This document shows positions 28,910-36,452 of a stretch of 64,000 bases of DNA, in pieces (the first letter of the stretch is position 1; each line of letters opens with the position of its first letter). The position numbers were made by a program, and so were the translations under genes. Origin of the DNA: an uncultured Magnetococcales bacterium. Lineage in GTDB: Bacteria; Pseudomonadota; Magnetococcia; Magnetococcales; CAYFNE01. Where the stretch lies: contig CAYFNE010000020.1 of NCBI GenBank assembly GCA_964344355.1, positions 120 through 64,119 on the forward strand. Reading direction: 5' to 3'. The notes beneath the pieces are model-generated. The model had not been told where the DNA came from. It searched no databases and saw only the letters and a list, made by a program, of their open reading frames with translations.

Positions 28910-30469
28910 TCACGCCTGCTGTTGCCGTTTGGCGGCAGCGCTGCGCACCCACCAGAACTCACCGGCGAACAGGAGCAGGGCGATCAAGATGCCGATCATC
29001 AACGGTTTGTTGCTGGGCGGCGGTTCGAGCAACAACCAGTACCAGGTGGTCATGGTGTGTTTGGAGCCGCTCTCGCTGTTGCTGCCGTCCCAGGCGGCAA
29101 AGGCGATGGGGATGAAACGGCCCTCTTCGAACTGAAGATCGTTTTCAGCATCTCCGGTCTTCAAGGAACGACGCATCACCACTTTCCAGACGCCATCGGC
29201 ATAGCCGCCCTTGACCGTCAAACCACCGCTGGCGGCATCCCGGGGTTCGATGGCGCCGAATCCCTTGGCATTCATCAGCACGGCGCTCTCGGTGCCATCT
29301 TTGGCGCCGCTTTTCCACTGCCAGATGTTGACCGGATGGGAGGTGTCGCCCATGCCGAAATAGGGCTTTTTCATCCCCTTGGGAATGACCACCGGCAGTT
29401 GCACGGCGACGGCGTCCTCATACAGTTCCTCGTCGGCGATGCTGGCGGCGGTCTCGTCTCCGGGGATGCTCCGGGTGCGGTCATCCCACTCCAGTTGAAT
29501 GGCGATCTCCTTGTCGTTATAGAGCGCCCGGGCGGAAATGGTGTCGTTGGAAGGGGTGAAAAACCGTTCCTTGCCGATGATCTGCGGGATCAAATAGAAG
29601 GTGGAAGGGGCGGCACCGTTCCAGGCGGCGTCATCCGGACCCTCCGGCAGGGCGCCTTCGACGCGCGTGGCCTTGATGACGGTGTTTTCCGCCTTGACCT
29701 TTTTACTGTTGGCGGCCAGGGAGACGACATAGTTGGCGACGTGCCAACGCTCCTCGACGGAGAGCTTTTTCTTGCTCACCGGATCGGCGAAGGAGGGCAT
29801 CTGCGTACCGGGGATGCCGACGGAGATGCGGGCGTAAATGTCCTTGGCGCTGTTGCTGCCGCGAAACGTCCAGGGCTTGGTCAGGTTGCGCGGCCAGGTG
29901 CGCTCTTCGAGGTCCCCCTTGAGCTTTTTGATGGCGACACCATTACCGGCCTTGCCGTGACACTCGGCGCAACGGTCGATGAACAACTCCTTGCCCTTGG
30001 CGAGACTTTCGGGGGAGGACGGCACCGGGGTACCGAAATCGACCTGGGTTTCGGCCTTTTCCTCGATTTCCGTGAACACCTTGATCTGCGCCACCAGGTC
30101 CCATATCTCCTGTTCCTTGAGGATATCGGCCCAGCCCGGCATGGCGGTCCCCGGCATGCCGTCGCGGATCATCCGGAAAATGTCCTCATCGTTGGGAATG
30201 AAATCCTCGAAACCGGTGGTCTTGATCTTGTACACGCCGCTGGTGAAATCCCGGGGCGGCGGGTTCATGAACGCCTGTCCCGGCCCGTCGCCGGCGCCCT
30301 CGGCGCCATGGCACCAGACACACCGTTTATTGTAAATCTCCAGCCCCTTGGCGGCATCGCCGCTCTTGGCCGCGGCCGGAGTGGCGAGGACGGTGAAAAA
30401 CATCACGGCCAGTACCCGTCCCAGGGTCGAAGCCGATAGAAATCGTTTGTTCATAGCGCTCATTTCCAT
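28910..30469 (-). CDS. Dihaem c-type cytochrome fused to an EB_dh/DOMON-like haem-binding domain, C-terminal TM anchor
   Basis: 'CVWCHG' and 'CAECHG'. C-terminal half matches the ethylbenzene-dehydrogenase gamma-like pattern ('ALYNDKEIAIQLEWDD', 'PVNIWQWKS', 'DGVWKVVMRRSL', 'FAAWDGSNSESGSKH'). Terminal TM 'LMIGILIALLLFAGEFWWV'. Start is 30469, 30463 or 30454. Confidence 0.8.
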   Translation of the reverse strand: MEMSAMNKRFLSASTLGRVLAVMFFTVLATPAAAKSGDAAKGLEIYNKRCVWCHGAEGAGDGPGQAFMNPPPRDFTSGVYKIKTTGFEDFIPNDEDIFRMIRDGMPGTAMPGWADILKEQEIWDLVAQIKVFTEIEEKAETQVDFGTPVPSSPESLAKGKELFIDRCAECHGKAGNGVAIKKLKGDLEERTWPRNLTKPWTFRGSNSAKDIYARISVGIPGTQMPSFADPVSKKKLSVEERWHVANYVVSLAANSKKVKAENTVIKATRVEGALPEGPDDAAWNGAAPSTFYLIPQIIGKERFFTPSNDTISARALYNDKEIAIQLEWDDRTRSIPGDETAASIADEELYEDAVAVQLPVVIPKGMKKPYFGMGDTSHPVNIWQWKSGAKDGTESAVLMNAKGFGAIEPRDAASGGLTVKGGYADGVWKVVMRRSLKTGDAENDLQFEEGRFIPIAFAAWDGSNSESGSKHTMTTWYWLLLEPPPSNKPLMIGILIALLLFAGEFWWVRSAAAKRQQQA

Positions 30470-30470
30470 C

Positions 30471-31238
30471 TTATTCGTGCCCCCAGGACCGCGGACGGTG
30501 GCCGGTGTAATCATAAAGGAAGAGAATCACCTTCCAGATCTCATCCTCGGTCAGAAAATCCTGCCAGATGGGCATGGAGGAGATCCACGGCGCCGCCTCC
30601 TCGGGCAGGCCCGGACCACCGGTGGCGATACGCCAGAACAGGAATCCCTCCTGCAACTGGGCGATGGTGCCGACATCCTGGAAGTTCAGGGGCACCGGAT
30701 TGAGACCGGGGGCGTAGGGTCCTTTGCCATCCAGTTTGTCGCCATGGCAATATTGGCAGTTTTGGATATAAACCGCGCCGCCCTCTTTGACCAACTCCTT
30801 GAACTTGGCCGGATCCTCTTTTTCGAACTTGCGGTAGGGATTTTCCAGCTTGCTCAGGTTGTACCGTTTGCCAAAGGCCTTGATCGAAGCCGGCGGGGCC
30901 GGGTGGATGCTGCGCAGTTCCAACGGCGCTTCATATTTGGGCTGCATCTTGACGAAACCGTAATAGCCGGCCGCCAACGGCACGACCAGGAACACGATGT
31001 TGCGCAACCATTTTTTCTTCGGGTCCTCCACCAGGGCGACGATCGGCCCGACCAGCTCCCGGGTACGCTCCTCGGAGAAGGTGAAGACGCAGAAGACGCC
31101 GGCGATGGAAAAAAACATGTACATGGTCAACAGACTGGCCGGGATCAACTGCCCCAACCAGACATCGAAGACCAGGATGAACCCGTAATAGATGGCCAGT
31201 ATCGTCAGGGCCGCTTGCAGAAGTCTTGGAATTTTCAT
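30471..31238 (-). CDS. Membrane-anchored (3 TM) monohaem cytochrome c
   Basis: Three N-terminal hydrophobic helices, then 'CQYCHG' and distal 'SSMPIW' Met-ligand region. Confidence 0.8.
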   Translation of the reverse strand: MKIPRLLQAALTILAIYYGFILVFDVWLGQLIPASLLTMYMFFSIAGVFCVFTFSEERTRELVGPIVALVEDPKKKWLRNIVFLVVPLAAGYYGFVKMQPKYEAPLELRSIHPAPPASIKAFGKRYNLSKLENPYRKFEKEDPAKFKELVKEGGAVYIQNCQYCHGDKLDGKGPYAPGLNPVPLNFQDVGTIAQLQEGFLFWRIATGGPGLPEEAAPWISSMPIWQDFLTEDEIWKVILFLYDYTGHRPRSWGHE

Positions 31239-31258
31239 CGTTCTCGCCTCAGCGCCCC

Positions 31259-32089
31259 CTATTTCGAACCCGCCAGATAGTCCACGAGCATTTCAAGCTC
31301 CTTGGCATACAGTTGTTCTCCGAGCCCCTCCGGCATCATGCCGGCATCGAACCCTTCCGCCACATCGGCGTTGGGGTCGAGCAGGGCCCGGCGCAGATAG
31401 TCCTTGTCCTTGGCGGCGCCGATTTTGGTCAAATCGGGACCCAACTCTCCCACCTCGTCGCCGATCTTGTGACAGGCGCCGCAGGTATTGGCGGCGATGA
31501 TCTCCTCGACCGTCGCATAGAGGGCCCGGGCGCCGCCGCCGTCACCGCTGTCTTCCTCCTCGGCCGCCGCCGCGGCGTCACCGGCATCGGAGGGGATCTC
31601 AACGGTGTTTTCCAGACCATTGGAGTCCAGCATGTAGGCGATCACCGCCTTGATCTCGACATTGGACAGGCTGATGCCGCCACCGGAAACATCGGGCATC
31701 GGACTTTCGGTGTCGTTGGAACCGGCCTTGCCGAATCCCGCCACCACATAGGCGGAGGGTTGCACCAGGGACTCTTCCAGATAGGCCGCCGGTTCCTTGT
31801 TTTCACCGCTGTAGCGGGAATCGGCGAACCGTTTGGGCACGTTTTCCCCCAACTTGTCGAGCATCGGCGCCCGGCCCAGGGAGTTGTGACAGAGGGTGCA
31901 GGTCCCCTTGCCGTTGACGATGCGCTCACCCAGGGCGATGAACTGGTCCATGTCCATGGCGCTCAGGTCGATCTTTTCCGGCTTGGGCGGCGCCGCCGGG
32001 GTGATCTGGGGAATGCCGAAGGAGGAATAACCGGCAAAGGCGAAGATGACCAGCAGGCTGAATACCGCGACTTTCAAAAAATTCTTCAT
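31259..32089 (-). CDS. Periplasmic dihaem cytochrome c
   Basis: Signal peptide 'MKNFLKVAVFSLLVIFAFAG', 'CTLCHN' and 'CGACHK'. RBS GGGGAG. Confidence 0.85.
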   Translation of the reverse strand: MKNFLKVAVFSLLVIFAFAGYSSFGIPQITPAAPPKPEKIDLSAMDMDQFIALGERIVNGKGTCTLCHNSLGRAPMLDKLGENVPKRFADSRYSGENKEPAAYLEESLVQPSAYVVAGFGKAGSNDTESPMPDVSGGGISLSNVEIKAVIAYMLDSNGLENTVEIPSDAGDAAAAAEEEDSGDGGGARALYATVEEIIAANTCGACHKIGDEVGELGPDLTKIGAAKDKDYLRRALLDPNADVAEGFDAGMMPEGLGEQLYAKELEMLVDYLAGSK

Positions 32090-32099
32090 GATCGCTCCC

Positions 32100-33962
32100 C
32101 TACTCCTTCCAATAACCGGACGGCGCGGTCTTCTTGCCGCTGACCGTGCTCAGCCAGAAGACGAAGATGACCATGGCCATGAAGATGATGGTTCCGGCCG
32201 AAACGACGTTGGCGGCATAACCCAGGGTCGGCGTGAAGGCGTCGGGTGAGTTGTCACGCATGATGTCGACCACGTGCCAGTGCTGACGGATACCGGAGCG
32301 GATGTAACCCATGAGTCCCATCAACCAGGTGAAGGAGACCGCCAGCAGGAACAGGGCATACTGGGATTGGGTCGGCATCCGTCCCCAACGCAACGGGGCC
32401 ACCTCCTTGGCGCCCTTGTACATCAACGAGTCCAACACGCCACTGGCGATGATGATCACCAACGTCGTCAGCACCTGGGGAATGGAGGCCGCCACCTTGT
32501 AGACGGTGTTGGTGAAATAGCCGTAGAAAACACCGAGAATGAGGATGTTGATGATACCGGTGGTGAACAGGGCCACCTGGGCGGCGTTGCCGGCCTTGAC
32601 CCAGGGCACCACCGGTACCTTGTTGGCCCGCCGATAGTAGAGAAAACTCAGGGCGGTGAAGAGAATCATGATGTTCACGGCGGTGTTCTTGGCCGGCATG
32701 ATGCCCAACGGTCCCAGATATTTGTGATAGGGTCCGCCCAGGGCCTGAAGCTCCTGGTTGGTCAACACCAGGGTGTGCGGGGTGAACCAGACCAGGAAGG
32801 CGCCGACGATGACGAAGGCCAACCATTTGATGCGCCCGGTGTAACGGTGCGCCCCCTCGCTGCGGCCCATGCCGCACCAGAGGTAATAGTTGGCCGACAG
32901 GAACAGGGTGCCGATCAACACCGCCTGGATGATGAACAACCAGGCGAAGACGCCACCCATGAGGGTGATACCCATCTGTTGGCTGTAGGCATAGATTTCG
33001 GCGGTCAGATAATATCCGGCGAAGGGCAGCGGCAGCAGGGCGGAGATGGCGACGAAATTGGCGTTGTAACCCATCCAGTCATAATGGGCCCGATCCTCGG
33101 CCTTGGTGGCGCTGAGAAACTTGAAGGCGGCATAGGCGCCGACCACCGAACCACCGTAGGCGACGTTGGCCACCACGCGGTGCAGGTTGATCGGGTTCCA
33201 GAGGAAGTTGTGCATGGCGGCCCAGGTGTCGCCGGAGAAGGTGCCGGCGGCATCGACGCCGGCCGGGCTCATCATGAAGGTGAGCCAGGCGTTGGCCAGC
33301 AACATCAACACGGTGCCGACGGCGTTCAACATCAGGCCCAGGGTCAGATGCACCCATTTCCGGAAACCACCCTGGAGCCAGTGCCAACCGTAATAATAGA
33401 TGTACAGACAGGCGCTCTCCGCGAAGAACAGGAGCGCATAGTAGAACATCGACTCCTTGAATATGGTGGAGAGATAGAAGAACAGGTCGGGATAGAAGAC
33501 GATGAGGCCGAACGCCAGCAGACCGCCGAGGATGGCCGTCAGGGAGTAGGCGGTGATGCTGACCTTGATGAACTCATAGGCCATGTTGTCATAACGCCGA
33601 TCCCGGGTGCGCATGCCGATGGCTTCGATGATGAACACGAAGATCGGCACCGCCAGGACGAAGGCGGCGAACCAGAGATGCAGTTGCGCCACCAGCCAGA
33701 CGAAGACCCGGCTGTTGATGCCGGCGATCTGCGGATAGTCCTTTTCGGTCAGCTCGGGGGCCGGCCCGTACAGCGGTTTTTCGGCCTCGGCGGCCCCATC
33801 CCCGGCGGCGGACTCAGGGGCGGCCTCTTCGGCCCAGGCGGTGGAGAATCCCAGATGCTCCGAGGAGAACTCCGCCAGGGGAGCCCCCCACTGCAACAGC
33901 ATCACTGTCAGGAGGGTGATGGTGAAAAACCATCCCGGTTTCAGAAAAAAGCGCGGCCTCAT
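32100..33962 (-). CDS. CydA-like integral membrane subunit (cytochrome bd superfamily), no CydB partner
   Basis: 'VFVWLVAQLHLWFAAFVLAVPIFVFIIEAIG' parallels E. coli CydA '[28 protein letters not shown]' (His19). 'NPINLHRVVANVAYGG' parallels 'NPVAQVKFVHTVASGY' (His186). 'IRQHW' parallels 'GRQPW'. Extra N-terminal TM segment and Ala/Glu-rich linker. Confidence 0.8.
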   Translation of the reverse strand: MRPRFFLKPGWFFTITLLTVMLLQWGAPLAEFSSEHLGFSTAWAEEAAPESAAGDGAAEAEKPLYGPAPELTEKDYPQIAGINSRVFVWLVAQLHLWFAAFVLAVPIFVFIIEAIGMRTRDRRYDNMAYEFIKVSITAYSLTAILGGLLAFGLIVFYPDLFFYLSTIFKESMFYYALLFFAESACLYIYYYGWHWLQGGFRKWVHLTLGLMLNAVGTVLMLLANAWLTFMMSPAGVDAAGTFSGDTWAAMHNFLWNPINLHRVVANVAYGGSVVGAYAAFKFLSATKAEDRAHYDWMGYNANFVAISALLPLPFAGYYLTAEIYAYSQQMGITLMGGVFAWLFIIQAVLIGTLFLSANYYLWCGMGRSEGAHRYTGRIKWLAFVIVGAFLVWFTPHTLVLTNQELQALGGPYHKYLGPLGIMPAKNTAVNIMILFTALSFLYYRRANKVPVVPWVKAGNAAQVALFTTGIINILILGVFYGYFTNTVYKVAASIPQVLTTLVIIIASGVLDSLMYKGAKEVAPLRWGRMPTQSQYALFLLAVSFTWLMGLMGYIRSGIRQHWHVVDIMRDNSPDAFTPTLGYAANVVSAGTIIFMAMVIFVFWLSTVSGKKTAPSGYWKE

Positions 33963-33995
33963 GTTCGCTCCTGTGGCAACGGATGGTTCCGTGGA

Positions 33996-34130
33996 TTATT
34001 GGTGAAAAAACAGTGAGAGACCCTGGAGATTCATCATGATGAAATCCAGAAGGAAAAAAATGCCTGCGCAAACCACGAAGGCGGCGCCGAACGCCATGAG
34101 CGCATTTTCCTGCAATTGCTTGAGGTTCAC
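33996..34130 (-). CDS. Mini-ORF, 44 aa, one TM (not in ORF track)
   Basis: GTG at 34130 is 5 nt after GGGAGG. 'VNLKQLQENALMAFGAAFVVCAGIFFLLDFIMMNLQGLSLFFHQ'. Ends 34 nt before the CydA-like start. Confidence 0.45.
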   Translation of the reverse strand: MNLKQLQENALMAFGAAFVVCAGIFFLLDFIMMNLQGLSLFFHQ

Positions 34131-34141
34131 ATCGGCCTCCC

Positions 34142-34246
34142 TTACAAAAACCAGATGAAGAAAATGATGATGGCCACCAGGACCGTGGTAAACAGCGCGG
34201 GCCCGGCCCAGGTGGGAAGTTCTTTCGGAGTTCCCGCTTCACTCAT
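34142..34246 (-). CDS. Mini-ORF, 34 aa, one TM (not in ORF track)
   Basis: ATG at 34246. 'MSEAGTPKELPTWAGPALFTTVLVAIIIFFIWFL'. Its stop lies 11 nt upstream of the next mini-ORF start codon (34130) and directly abuts that ORF's GGGAGG RBS. Confidence 0.5.
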   Translation of the reverse strand: MSEAGTPKELPTWAGPALFTTVLVAIIIFFIWFL

Positions 34247-34346
34247 GATATCACCTGCCGTGTCGTCCGAATGGAGTGATGGAAAAACGGCGCACCCCGG
34301 GGCACGAACCGTCAACCGCTACAAAAATGTTCAAGAAGCACTCAAT

Positions 34347-34457
34347 CTATAAAACAAAAAAATAGAGAATGGCGACGATCACCAGTACGTTGGTGGCCAT
34401 GCCGGCAAAGATGACGATATCGGATATTTTGGCTTTCGAAAAAAAACTTTTTGCCAC
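34347..34457 (-). CDS. Mini-ORF, 36 aa, one TM (not in ORF track)
   Basis: GTG at 34457 follows GGAGGGGAG. 'VAKSFFSKAKISDIVIFAGMATNVLVIVAILYFFVL'. Confidence 0.45.
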   Translation of the reverse strand: MAKSFFSKAKISDIVIFAGMATNVLVIVAILYFFVL

Positions 34458-34533
34458 GCTCCCCTCCATCGGCGACTAAACGGGCCGGGGCTCCGAACGG
34501 ATACCCCGGCCCGATCGACCGGGCAATCTGGCG

Positions 34534-34908
34534 CTATTGTTTGCCCTTGCAATTACAGAGTTGGCGCAAGTAGGCGACCATCGCCTCGACTTCATCCTTG
34601 GCCAGGGTTTTCGACCAGGGGGGCATGACCGGGGATTTGCTCAGGGCCGGACCGCCGGACAGGATGACGTTGCGGAGGTCTTCATCGGAGAGCTTGTTCA
34701 TATCCGCGGCCTTGGTAAAGTTTCGTGGCGTGACCGGCATGCTCTTGGTGACGTTGGGGCCATCGCCCTTACCGGTGATGCCGTGGCACTGGGCACAGTA
34801 AAAATCGTAGACCTCCTTGCCATCCGCCGCCCGGGCATCGAGGCCCGTCAACACGCCGGAAGCGAGAAACAGTGCCCCGACCACCATGGATCCTTTTATT
34901 TTCAACAT
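34534..34908 (-). CDS. Periplasmic monohaem class I cytochrome c
   Basis: Signal peptide, 'CAQCHG', distal 'SPVMPPW'. Confidence 0.9.
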   Translation of the reverse strand: MLKIKGSMVVGALFLASGVLTGLDARAADGKEVYDFYCAQCHGITGKGDGPNVTKSMPVTPRNFTKAADMNKLSDEDLRNVILSGGPALSKSPVMPPWSKTLAKDEVEAMVAYLRQLCNCKGKQ

Positions 34909-34927
34909 GGTCTGACTCTCTCTCCAA

Positions 34928-35587
34928 TTATTTGAAATGGGCGACGTGACCGGCCACTTTTTTCATGTCCTTGTCTCTGATCAACCCCGTGAAGTTGGGC
35001 ATCATTTTCACCGGTTTGAACACCTTGGGCTGGCTCAGATAGGCGTAGATCCAATCCGGGTTGAGCCGTTTGCTGGCACCGACCAGGGACGGGGCGCTGA
35101 GACCGCCGACGATTTTCTTTTTGCGGTTGGGATAGAGATGACAACCGCTGCAGGGCATCTTTTTGGTGAAAATCCGCTTGCCCTTAATGTTCTTCTTGGC
35201 CTTGACGACACCGGCCTTGACCTTGCCGGATTTCAGGCCCATCAGATAACCGGTCACCGCCTTGGCGTCACCGGCGCCCAACTTGGGATGATCCCCGGCA
35301 TTTTTCTCGGTCAGCGAATTATACTTCAAGGGCCGGATCGGCTCCGGGTTGACCAGCCAGGTGGCCAGCCATTTTTCCTGGAACTTGTCGCCGGCGTACC
35401 AGAGTTCCGGACCCTTCTGGGCCAGTTTGTCGGCGATGGTTTTTTCCCGGGCCGGCCCTTGGGTGTAGTGACAGGCGTCACACTTGTTGTCCTTGAACAC
35501 CTGTTCCCCCGATGCATCCGCCCGACCGGGAAGCGCCGCCAGGATCAGAAACGCCAATCCCAGGGTCAGCGTGACCGTTTGTCTCAT
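34928..35587 (-). CDS. Periplasmic dihaem cytochrome c (first gene of the minus-strand train)
   Basis: Signal peptide 'MRQTVTLTLGLAFLILAALPGRADA', 'CDACHY' and 'CSGCHL'. RBS AAGGAGAGG. Confidence 0.85.
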   Translation of the reverse strand: MRQTVTLTLGLAFLILAALPGRADASGEQVFKDNKCDACHYTQGPAREKTIADKLAQKGPELWYAGDKFQEKWLATWLVNPEPIRPLKYNSLTEKNAGDHPKLGAGDAKAVTGYLMGLKSGKVKAGVVKAKKNIKGKRIFTKKMPCSGCHLYPNRKKKIVGGLSAPSLVGASKRLNPDWIYAYLSQPKVFKPVKMMPNFTGLIRDKDMKKVAGHVAHFK

Positions 35588-35808
35588 TTTTTCCTCTCCT
35601 TCAGTTAAGCCGGTTATGAGATGACACTAATGCGTAAATGCGGCCATGGCGCCGTTTCGCACCCGGGCCGGACGGGATGGATGGATACCAACCGCCGATA
35701 AGGATCGATCATGATGGGTCAGTCACCTCCCCCATTCCTGCAAACCAGGAAATGCTAACACGGACCTGACCCGAAACCAAGAGATTACCAACGCTGGGAT
35801 CGTATTGG

Positions 35809-35879
35809 TTGATATTTGACAAACCATTGAAACCAATACACTTTCATATTCCCGAAAGAGCGTTTTTGATATTTCGCAA
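35809..35879. promoter_or_regulatory. Two half-matching FNR/CRP-like sites sharing TTGATATTT
   Basis: TTGATATTTGACAA (35809-35822) and TTGATATTTCGCAA (35866-35879). The left half fits TTGAT-N4-ATCAA; the right half is degenerate. Confidence 0.3.
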
Positions 35880-35953
35880 ATTATTCTCCCCGCTCGAGCC
35901 GGTATTTTTTTACCGATGTACGCCACTGATGGCAAATGATAGAAGAAGATCAA

Positions 35954-35967
35954 TTGACCTATATCAA
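35954..35967. promoter_or_regulatory. FNR/CRP-family palindrome TTGACCTATATCAA
   Basis: Near-perfect match to TTGAT-N4-ATCAA, in the divergent gap between the cytochrome train and the nosZ-like train. Confidence 0.55.
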
Positions 35968-36194
35968 TTAACTTCAATTGCCGGCCAGCTCGTTTATAAA
36001 TGGCCGTCTCCCCGGCCGGCCAAACCGGGGGCCGGAAACGAGGATCGAAAATCATCCCCATGGCCGCCCCTCCCAACCGGTCGCAACCGCCGCCGCCACT
36101 CCGGAACACCGCGGTACGATCCGACCGCATCCCTTGCGGGATCGGAGCTCCGCCCCCTATACTTGACCCGGATCAATAACCGGCCAACGGTTAA

Positions 36195-36208
36195 TTGACC
36201 TAGGTCAA
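36195..36208. promoter_or_regulatory. FNR/CRP-family perfect palindrome TTGACCTAGGTCAA
   Basis: Perfect dyad TTGAC-N4-GTCAA. A TATTGC hexamer at 36231-36236 would place the box centre near -41.5 for plus-strand transcription. Confidence 0.55.
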
Positions 36209-36452
36209 TCGAGAGACGCTTTTTTTGGAATATTGCTTGAAACTCCTCTACAGCATGGGCAAGAATCACTGCGCTCGACGTGCGGTGACGGATCAGGGAC
36301 GTAATCCGATCACCGTCGATAATGGTACTCATGCGAGCGTTCATTAACTCAATTTATTCACCGAAAACGGGTCAACTTCCAATTCACTGTAAATCACGTC
36401 CAACAATGCACATTAAAGTCCAACGTGGTCTTTGAAAGGTGTGGGGGTAAAT

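Noticed and set aside
28909-28962. ATG 28962 as the HemY start.
   Set aside because: It would overlap the upstream cytochrome gene by 53 nt and add an Arg/Gly-rich leader. GTG 28908 sits just before the Rossmann motif and abuts the upstream stop. Both options remain possible.
35723-36344. Small ORFs in the divergent control region (35723..36130-, 35809..36198+, 35978..36166+, 35994..36344-).
   Set aside because: They have no motifs, overlap one another, run through the FNR-like palindromes and lack convincing RBS. I treated the region as regulatory DNA.
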